Positions 59,501-64,000 of a stretch of DNA of 64,000 nt are shown here, piece after piece (positions within the stretch are counted from its first letter, which is position 1; the number at the start of each line of letters is the position of its first letter). A program made the position numbers and the translations under genes. Origin of the DNA: a virus (taxonomy: Duplodnaviria; Caudoviricetes); the IMG/VR virus record IMGVR_UViG_3300020161_001040, positions 6,467-70,466 of that record; one strand, written 5' to 3'. Under the pieces are notes generated by a model. That model had not been told where the DNA came from. It searched no databases and worked only from the letters and a program-made list of their open reading frames with translations.

Positions 59501-59796
59501 ACTCTACCACGAAGACCAGCGCTCATGTCTTTCGATAAACTGGCGAAAGACTTCCTTTGTTCAATTTCGATCTCTTCTACTCTGCTCAGAAATCCTACTA
59601 ACTTTTCAATCTCCCTAATCTTTCCGGTGATATTACCAGCAATAGATCTGGAATAATTAGCAAGATCCTTCGTATTTTCAGTAGCCTGTCTCAGTGGTCC
59701 CTGAATTTCCTTAGCAGTATTGATTAGCTTATATACATCACCGAGATCACCGACCTTGGCGTTAATTTCAATAGTGATATCAGCGAGATCTGTCAT
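50566..59796 (-). CDS. Tape measure protein (3076 aa)
   Basis: KGKVMAEELRQQLGDRLPG tape-measure domain; YATGG..LMGEAGPEAIMPL C-terminus; lies between chaperones and M. Confidence 0.95.
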   Translation of the reverse strand: MTDLADITIEINAKVGDLGDVYKLINTAKEIQGPLRQATENTKDLANYSRSIAGNITGKIREIEKLVGFLSRVEEIEIEQRKSFASLSKDMSAGLRGRVLDILTATNQTKTSIAGLSSEFEDFFRLMKDNKVSVNNFTSALGYNDKMFTALASSSEKSTRTLNKFKSELSGLTGSDRDIRFAQMSRDLEVMPVKFESARKSAATFVSTLNVMDKLGFMDGDKALFSKEALGNARAELNRIEQIIVKMNTDIADFRKSTSNMVDQTAVNKLQRDLRPRVVFDIETAFKPRDDGSQVNRILQIFAQRVVGGQDAQSMNVYVKRNVEDLRDFLGGLRKFMGEDDDSTPLTSGAKKMGEAVLQGGPDTFDEMKAINKFINFIKGMKEATGELVLVGHNIDKFDISKMKEAASFYVGRGISKEDYEMLGKVNTIDTLELARFLNPGVPNALGAVAQRYGVGYDADLAHEAGYDVGVNSKVYDALMAESVKRLAQDAKISEARAADMLNMAKTTRDIIAVLTDAKTKASANISPGMRQALERAEILEMNRYANNRTTEAGKANTLSGELETRLKNSSLTQERLVDLRKTADEALQNPERQAKVIEQLNQNAEKLSKTKELLANDQKADQGMVALVDRAIRDTQTAINVFKPAMEFYTKLSQVGTATRDDRIRSIATDLNSLLPNSDISSIQKLRAGLIERLTQSTGAVVTEDAKFGIFQKIANASKTLATEIKAELNLTGTVTENTRRKLEDFKQFVAAAYGPMAEALGRNLEYVEQKGDSLGKSTKESANRMRGALSQISSLIKQSDRLVNGGGGGGGGGRGIGGGGGGTGGGGGLPPTPPDADGSGGGALPPSADAIIRSYYELRSAIREVNKEIGTAMPTADHIGRLNSFRDAYSEAIGKFRDGWVEYRRAFGDAADSRVERSFTSALGTLDKAETQLESINKTITSMGSRQPQQASMFNIIGADQFRQINSGLRDVSSTAKLVMAQVRTEFASTKQSIDSYESSLSKLKDVSSVVADSIELQKTKLKEIQNIAKDRSEGGIGVLDDKYKDQIDRVNQSIVTQQNLLLSLQTEIAKTEQRKASFLEAQKNNSRAFLEQARSMSRVIDSLDTLQAVLYATGFVTIVTAVTQTSIAMDRMEAALRATFPTIQGANREMEYLKTTADQLGVSYGDLVQPYARLAAAAQAMGYSQDQLRSIFESTIVASQALGMDSENTRGIIRAFEQMMNKGKVMAEELRQQLGDRLPGVANTFARAFFIARGEIDETTRITTERMQQFEEAMKAGEVTASQVLPVVARLMRTDMADAAALMSNKILAEFNRLKNTFTVFSQDLFKIGLESGFKRIIDTLESVMNGGPIRELINDFVKGFDKFAGVIERNVELVSRLVLAFGALLAMSGVAALLTGVAMALRGGTIAAVLLSGILAGIPEYFMGISTSADKASASIMTMKAALDPNTGSASISGAANRPLNEMEIRLNRLEDRRKQLERSEASLNNQVNNATPSFNENMRGTRNALRAEIPRRQLDQVRQELMQLREEMSRVTDEINNAGTVYQRVTDPANQFKLQSEGAAIALAGLAVVMTTQAAGATMISLAAAKAAAGIGLLGRAAMFLAGVPVVGWIAAAGTAFAAWYILTKDRTTQVQKDLDAATGRIDALRQANERLLQGNYTSMNMTNAINDINKQLQDSAKAADTARQAVNQYLGTTTRVESGGVSGVLGGTVDTGRNLRDEMTRALRGTDVSMDQMLNAAARRQQILSEIRAKHGESAASSLSLVNQTNLDNRQIGGMVRRTGVPEARIRELMPQMQEYFVLLERLKNAENSRANPDAYSDMALLLLRNRDIILDVAQAQATLNKETQNGVEAETKKAALVEQQRRNNLRDSRISAIKEARRFNIVDQTESRDLIAQVNAERDAGTTSQQLADRTGALAKQAADAANVVNFDYRDAIENANKETRKFATEGLDELSRKLYELSEIRRSLGLDFRIIGDQVQLGLLDSARRAVEYARGALITADQNQNDLVNQSGSQEDITRATQDREDAQKKLNDLIKREGELRIISFLIENQRAEYIKNETLALEERARTSQQASRRSVETSITSLTGDPAQILNLADKNAASEAGMKAFKDVIGNRNVDSESPGSQDTLEAATKAMIEAEKASNLERYSRRMQPYVTALSNADQEIRDTERLASAYRLGTEAVDQMNAQLDAEKLLRQNGIRDNGELAKALAGVTSAKQKDLEVSRAIDDVRKRTTIAAVPEGIDRDVAQFAQQRGLSVMNRGIGKYRDDLTTQRTQELETQNIALASNVRLEERKAEALLQGAPVVRQVESLEKLMAEARKMAGEAAAQHILQNDGITSSLRGVAGMTGRAFSALSDLQSLLSSFSGAKFTSEVNGVIRNGLSALATAGTAGPASALLAQSRAGLTARPVTDAERSQLQQQSRLEEARKEFEKALSTSKGKGGASQEKAFRWQADRFLRITRKDLSNEQIIAEVNASTQQIRDGAIRNATGATDGAANSFNNMIARLQRTVTGWTNSTQAAEEYYESVLVGGENLSESQRKQIVNLELMANAIRRIDRRDSALESASRAAGLTGVDEDLKSLSAFIDEINRYRQAVNDLGSGLARLEASGQGGGVQAAALRTQIGVRQARLDAANSGFDSMSNNPNNPRNRRMRELNNRVETSQISNESDLLRTFGFDREAERINALSGIRRDRTQNNNERDERVGSINNFINDGTRRVNQFSAENEARRTQLTGLEDTNRGSGSEAERLRSEISSTDEAIIRHNELLDGARTQVGELEIAYDQLGQALNMKESFVNLSTEIGLAGEAMSGFARITSRHFAELLTTGKGSFKEMARSFITDFLAKVIEEIIIKKVFMMGFKLILESMGMTFGDGGVFSGGAPMAGGEKKYAMGGVFSGGRVTPYATGGLVTQPTLFPMRNGYGLMGEAGPEAIMPLRRLPNGRLGVEAMSDTFRGSPMESPIGSQLTTSSLMINAGTVVLDGRSMLQDWMGNTPQEIASSSRGTPSAMMESQGGPAITVNVTVNVAGSSGTSEQNADLGNQVAKAVADQFRAMYADETRRQMRSGGMFNQ
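58350..58975 (-). other. DEDDh 3'-5' exonuclease domain embedded in tape measure protein (aa about 275-480)
   Basis: VVFDIET (D281,E283), LVGHNIDKFD (D399), IDTLELAR, AHEAGYD (H463,D468). Confidence 0.85.
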
Positions 59797-60550
59797 TTTT
59801 TGTTCGCCTCGTGATAGGCGTTTAGATAGAGGTTATCTATCGCCTTGAGGATGTCTACCTCATAAGACGATAACACAGCCCCCGCATGACGAGAATAAGA
59901 GGCAAAGTCATCGAGTGAGAACCTATTAGGTCCCCACCCGTTACTGCCTCGCCACTGGTTTAGATCGAAGAAGGTACCGATGAATCCAGCGGCCTGATCG
60001 CCTATCTCGGGTTCTCGGTCATCGTCGTTTACCCTTCTTCCCTTAGCGACAAGCTCCTGGATGAATGGGAGCTTGTCGCCGTCCTTCGAATGGAGGAGCT
60101 TAAATCTCCACTTACACCATTCGTATACTTCGTCTTCTATTCCTACTTGATAAAATTTCCAGTCTCATTGATCTCCTCATCAAGCTGCTCGCGAATCCAG
60201 GCGAGGCGAGAATCGGAAAGAATCTTCACGGCATTGGCATAGCTGCACTCAAGCATCTTGCCGTCCAGGGTGATGTTCTTCCAGGACTTAATGCAGCGAG
60301 CGATGAGTTCAATCGTCTCAGCTTCGATCTCCTCAGAGGTGATCTTACCGCGACCGCCGCGCTGCGCGAGACGACGATTCTGGACGGCGCGCTGGTGCTT
60401 CTGGTACTCGTCCGAGTACTTACCAATAATAGTAATCGTGATCTTCTCACCATCATCAGTGATGAGAGGGACGCGCTTCACGGGATGGAGAATTTCGACT
60501 TCTCTACCCTGATTGGAACCGGACGCTACGTCTAGGCTAGAAAGATCCAC
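59793..60550 (-). CDS. Tail assembly chaperone GT (programmed -1 frameshift product)
   Basis: -1 frame open for 119 codons after slip site (..FFDLNQWRGSNGWGP..YEVDILKAIDNLYL), TGA overlaps TMP ATG. Confidence 0.8.
60143..60550 (-). CDS. Tail assembly chaperone G
   Basis: ITIIGKYS, IKSWKNI..DG..LECS..NA..WIREQL; upstream of TMP. Confidence 0.85.
   Translation of the reverse strand: MDLSSLDVASGSNQGREVEILHPVKRVPLITDDGEKITITIIGKYSDEYQKHQRAVQNRRLAQRGGRGKITSEEIEAETIELIARCIKSWKNITLDGKMLECSYANAVKILSDSRLAWIREQLDEEINETGNFIK
60152..60158 (-). other. -1 ribosomal slippery heptamer A AAT TTT
   Basis: X XXY YYZ in GGA AAT TTT, three codons before the G stop. Confidence 0.8.
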
Positions 60551-60599
60551 TGGATATCTCCGTTTGTGGGCTAAGGAGGGGCGACGAGATGGGTGAGAG

Positions 60600-60797
60600 C
60601 TACTGCTGCGGTGTAGGCACCGGGTACGAGCTAGAGCCCGTCTCGGTGGCCTCCGGGGGCAGCGGGAGGCCCATCGGCTGGGTATCTCTAAGGCGAGCCT
60701 GTAGGACTTCGTTCTGAGCCATCAACTGGGCGCACAGATTTAAGGCATCGTTCCTCTGGCGCTCAATAGAACGGATTAGAGCTTCTGCGTATTCCAT
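60600..60797 (-). CDS. Small coiled-coil hypothetical protein
   Basis: GAGG RBS; QRNDALN motif. Confidence 0.65.
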   Translation of the reverse strand: MEYAEALIRSIERQRNDALNLCAQLMAQNEVLQARLRDTQPMGLPLPPEATETGSSSYPVPTPQQ

Positions 60798-60860
60798 AAT
60801 TTCCTCTAACCAATTGCAGCTTATGTTATCAAACCGAAATAAGAGCGTCTATATATATAC

Positions 60861-62126
60861 CTAACCAGCCGGAAGGGGAGGTCGGACCATTTGCCCCTCC
60901 ATACTTACTATAACCGCGCCCGTGAGTCTGTGCAAGGCTGCCATCATTATCCCAAGATTATACGCGAATTCATTGTGACAGGTTTGATTAAAATAGTCAC
61001 CTTTTAAATACATACACCCACCTTTACACAGTTGCACTACTGGGCAACTCATGCACTCTTCTCTGTAGGTCAGATGGGTGGAAGTGGTTAACTTAATATC
61101 GTCAAAAGCGTCTAAATGACCGATTTTGTGAGAACCTTTCGCCCCGGTGTTCTGGCAAGTCATCACGTTACCTTGCAAATCCACGGCAATGTGATCAGGT
61201 CTATCCATTCCGCACTTTTGCCAAAGTGCATTCACCGGTCTACGCTGAAATAACGAATGAATGAAATCATGGACCTTATAATCTAATCCATCTATGGTGG
61301 ATAACGGCTCGTTCGACTCCATAGAATAAAATACAGAACTAGTTAGCTCTTTCAGCTTGTCGGAACTAAACCGACCAGATCCGTTCAGTGTATCCGCGTC
61401 GTAAACATTAACCACTCCTTCGATATTGATCCTAACGGGATGATCGAATTTCTGAGCAAACCAATCGCGCAGGGCTATTAAATCGAATGAATCTGAGCTT
61501 AATACTGAGTTAATATGATGAGTATCAGATTTAGCTAGAAGTCTGCTCCAAATCTTAAGAAGGCCATGATCATCAAGTGGATCGGGACCTCTCAAGTGTT
61601 GCCCTGGGCCGTCATGACTGATTGCTATTGAGATGTTGTTTTGTTCAATGAAATCCACCACTGAATCATCAAGTAAAGATCCATTGGTGACCATTGAGAT
61701 TCTAGATTCTGGCCATATTTCTTTGATCTTCGGCACCAGGAACTTAATCTTATTTAAATACAGAAGAGGCTCGCCGCCCCACAACTCAACTCTACTGGGG
61801 GCCGCATCAAACCATTGGCTGACCTTGTTGATGAAATTCTTTGCATCTGAGATACTGGACGCAGTAGCTTGTTTAATGAAAGAAGACTGTGAGCAATAGC
61901 TGCAGCTGTAATTGCATCCCAGACCCAACTGAATCTTTAGATTCTTAACGGATCTGGATTTGGGATTAGGAGTTAGCTCAGAGGTGGGTGACGCCGCTCT
62001 AAATTCCTTGATCTTCTCGTCGGACAGGATATCGCTGCCATCAGAATTTTTCAGGGTATTCAAATGTGGATCGTACACCAGGGTAAAACTATTACCCTCT
62101 CTGGAATTCATATTCAGCTTGAACAT
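60861..62126 (-). CDS. Radical SAM/SPASM domain protein
   Basis: CNYSCSYC, ELWGGEP, MVTNG, ISHDG; SPASM cysteines KCG..TCQ..CMSC..LCKGGC..TCH. Confidence 0.93.
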   Translation of the reverse strand: MFKLNMNSREGNSFTLVYDPHLNTLKNSDGSDILSDEKIKEFRAASPTSELTPNPKSRSVKNLKIQLGLGCNYSCSYCSQSSFIKQATASSISDAKNFINKVSQWFDAAPSRVELWGGEPLLYLNKIKFLVPKIKEIWPESRISMVTNGSLLDDSVVDFIEQNNISIAISHDGPGQHLRGPDPLDDHGLLKIWSRLLAKSDTHHINSVLSSDSFDLIALRDWFAQKFDHPVRINIEGVVNVYDADTLNGSGRFSSDKLKELTSSVFYSMESNEPLSTIDGLDYKVHDFIHSLFQRRPVNALWQKCGMDRPDHIAVDLQGNVMTCQNTGAKGSHKIGHLDAFDDIKLTTSTHLTYREECMSCPVVQLCKGGCMYLKGDYFNQTCHNEFAYNLGIMMAALHRLTGAVIVSMEGQMVRPPLPAG

Positions 62127-62127
62127 T

Positions 62128-62844
62128 TCAGACCTTAGCGATCTTGATCGAGGAATAATTGCTCCAGTGTCTGAATCCTACTTTGATTTCAGCTTCATCA
62201 CCGACGCTCATGCCAAGAGGTTGAAAAGTAAAAGTCCCTTGACCATTTTCCAGCTTGACCTTTCTGGGAACGAAGCCGTTGTCAGTTTTCAGATAAACGT
62301 GACAAGAAGCGGGGCCGTCCACAGTTACAGTAAACACCCCGCCAGAATCGCTGACCGTCAGCGGACCGGATACGTCCATATCAAAATGATAGGCTTTACG
62401 ACCGCTGGTAAATTGCCTGTTGCGAATATTCACCGTCATTGAAGGATTGAAGACCGCGACCGCCTCGGGGTGAAGGTTCACAATGTAAAATGCCTCGCTA
62501 AAACTAGAATCTCCCGGTCTGATAAAGATATGCAGCCATTTGGTGCCTGCGGGCAAAAACGGAATGGCGTCCTTAAATTCCTGCTTAGTGGTGGCAGTCA
62601 TGGCATGAGCATTGTATAAGGGGGGTATGCTATTTACCGACGCCGCATTCTCTGGCAAATACGACAGAACCCATCTATCGTAGTCCCCAGCTTCGCTGTG
62701 ATTAATAAGTTGATCCCACGTGATTTGGCTAGCGATGTGGTTAGCTACCGCTGTCAAGGTCTTGGCGTCTTCACTGAATGTTATAGACACGTCGGACGGA
62801 GCGTCTAGGGCGTCTTTGTACACTAAAAAATATGAATTTCTCAC
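62128..62844 (-). CDS. Hypothetical protein with beta-rich (Ig-like) C-terminus, partner of the radical SAM enzyme
   Basis: GTGA overlap with oxygenase, 1 nt from rSAM start. Confidence 0.7.
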   Translation of the reverse strand: MRNSYFLVYKDALDAPSDVSITFSEDAKTLTAVANHIASQITWDQLINHSEAGDYDRWVLSYLPENAASVNSIPPLYNAHAMTATTKQEFKDAIPFLPAGTKWLHIFIRPGDSSFSEAFYIVNLHPEAVAVFNPSMTVNIRNRQFTSGRKAYHFDMDVSGPLTVSDSGGVFTVTVDGPASCHVYLKTDNGFVPRKVKLENGQGTFTFQPLGMSVGDEAEIKVGFRHWSNYSSIKIAKV

Positions 62845-63554
62845 ATCTGGCTCCTGATCTTCACGATGTCATCAACCGATTTATAGACCTCTCCTGAGGC
62901 TTCTCCCTCAAGGGCTCCGGTAAATCTGATATTAGATATCAACGCTCTTTTATGCGACCCTTGCTTAAACATAGGCATAGTAGAATGCGGAGCATTACCT
63001 GGGAAGATGACTAATACACCAGAGGTATTCCCTATGGGAAAAATTGGCGTCTCCCGCCTAGCGAATTGACCACTCATTAACGCCTTAGGATTGTGGAAAG
63101 TGAGTTGACCGGCCAGGGGATGGTCACCTTCTTCTACGACCACTCTAGGATAATAGGTAGCAACTAGTTGGTTACCATGGTGAGCATGATACATGCTGAA
63201 ATCTTGATGATCTTCTACATTACCCCACATGTTGATTTTAAATTGGGTATATTCGTGAGGGTCTAAATTATACGCTTCTTTAAGATATTTAATTGCCATT
63301 ATACATTTAATTTGCATCAATTCTTCAACGGCTCTGCTCTTGTAATTCAGTAAAATATTATTAGGGATGGCGTGCTTAAAGCCGGACTGATAGCGAGCCA
63401 TACTCTTTTCTGCGTAATCTTCGGCAATCTCTACTAATTCGTTGTTCCAAGAATCGGGAGCGTCGATTGGTACTCTCATAACATACGTGGGCCAAAGGGC
63501 AAGCATGTTATGATCACCAACGTTAACGTCATAATCCATTTTATGTTGCTCCAT
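62841..63554 (-). CDS. Putative 2OG-Fe(II) oxygenase (TIGR02466-like)
   Basis: LWPTYV, NMWGN, HAHHGNQLVATYY, GQLTFHNP, LVIFPG..PHS. Confidence 0.8.
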   Translation of the reverse strand: MEQHKMDYDVNVGDHNMLALWPTYVMRVPIDAPDSWNNELVEIAEDYAEKSMARYQSGFKHAIPNNILLNYKSRAVEELMQIKCIMAIKYLKEAYNLDPHEYTQFKINMWGNVEDHQDFSMYHAHHGNQLVATYYPRVVVEEGDHPLAGQLTFHNPKALMSGQFARRETPIFPIGNTSGVLVIFPGNAPHSTMPMFKQGSHKRALISNIRFTGALEGEASGEVYKSVDDIVKIRSQM

Positions 63555-63580
63555 GTTGATTGGGCAGAGACTTCATAATA

Positions 63581-63814
63581 TTACGCGGTATCCGTAGAAC
63601 AAGCACAAGCACAATTACAGGCGTTGCTCTTATGTAAAGTTACAGTATCCGTGGTATAAGAGAGAGACATTAACTTAATGGGCTGAGTACCATCTCCTGT
63701 AGTATCTACATTTACGCTCAGCACCCTCGATGGACGATTGATAATTCTAGACCACGGGATATTGCCCGAAGAATCTATGACTAAGGTACCTGAAATGTAT
63801 ACGGCCATAGACAT
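63581..63814 (-). CDS. Cys-rich small protein B (C-terminal ACNCACACSTDTA)
   Basis: ORF track plus manual check; ATG overlaps upstream TGA. Confidence 0.8.
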   Translation of the reverse strand: MSMAVYISGTLVIDSSGNIPWSRIINRPSRVLSVNVDTTGDGTQPIKLMSLSYTTDTVTLHKSNACNCACACSTDTA

Positions 63815-63981
63815 CAATCCCCTGAACTGTCAGTGGAACAGGCACAAACGCAGTTGCAATCAGTGCTTATTATGTAAGTCAAATTCCCTGTAGAGTAATT
63901 GTAAACTATATCATTAAATCTAGCCCAATCTATTTGAGCCGATAAGTTAAATACGGTGGTGCCAGATACAATAATCGTCAT
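63814..63981 (-). CDS. Cys-rich small protein A (55 aa, C-terminal DCNCVCACSTDSSGD; not in ORF track)
   Basis: Manual translation MTIIVSGTTVFNLSAQIDWARFNDIVYNYSTGNLTYIISTDCNCVCACSTDSSGD; AGGGGG RBS; paralog of B. Confidence 0.85.
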   Translation of the reverse strand: MTIIVSGTTVFNLSAQIDWARFNDIVYNYSTGNLTYIISTDCNCVCACSTDSSGD

Positions 63982-64000
63982 GTCGGCCCCCTAAAATAAA

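Noticed and set aside
1-64000. Genome-wide TAG reassignment (code 15)
   Set aside because: Long genes are intact in code 11 and several (macro, nrdJ, polA) end properly on TAG; only one internal amber was found
1-64000. tRNA genes, integrase, IS elements, introns or inteins in nrdJ, polA or helicase
   Set aside because: No cloverleaf or recombinase/transposase motifs seen, and these enzymes are of normal length

Overview
Part of a tailed dsDNA phage genome with a lambda-like long non-contractile tail. The host is probably an alphaproteobacterium, inferred from the class II RNR, DinB, GTA-type holin and hemO-pcyX. Two transcription blocks converge on a strong hairpin at 29670-29695. The plus strand (1-29658) carries early accessory genes (macro domain, SLOG/DUF2493, RNase H, SleB-type hydrolase, deaminase, HD hydrolase, DUF2786) and replication/nucleotide genes (Prim-Pol/SF3 helicase, NrdJ, DinB, ThyX, NDT-like, UvrD helicase, two DEDDh exonucleases, family A polymerase). 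The minus strand (64000-29700) is the late tail and lysis operon. In transcription order it holds two paralogous Cys-rich peptides (CNCxCACSTD), a 2OG-Fe(II) oxygenase, a hypothetical protein and a radical SAM/SPASM enzyme (a RiPP-like modification cassette), then tail chaperones with a -1 frameshift, a 3076-aa tape measure protein with an embedded, apparently intact DEDDh exonuclease domain, tail tip M/L/K/I/J, fibres, a heme oxygenase plus bilin reductase pair, and holin plus endolysin. All product calls come from motif recognition by eye; no database search was run. No tRNA, CRISPR array, integrase or IS element was seen.
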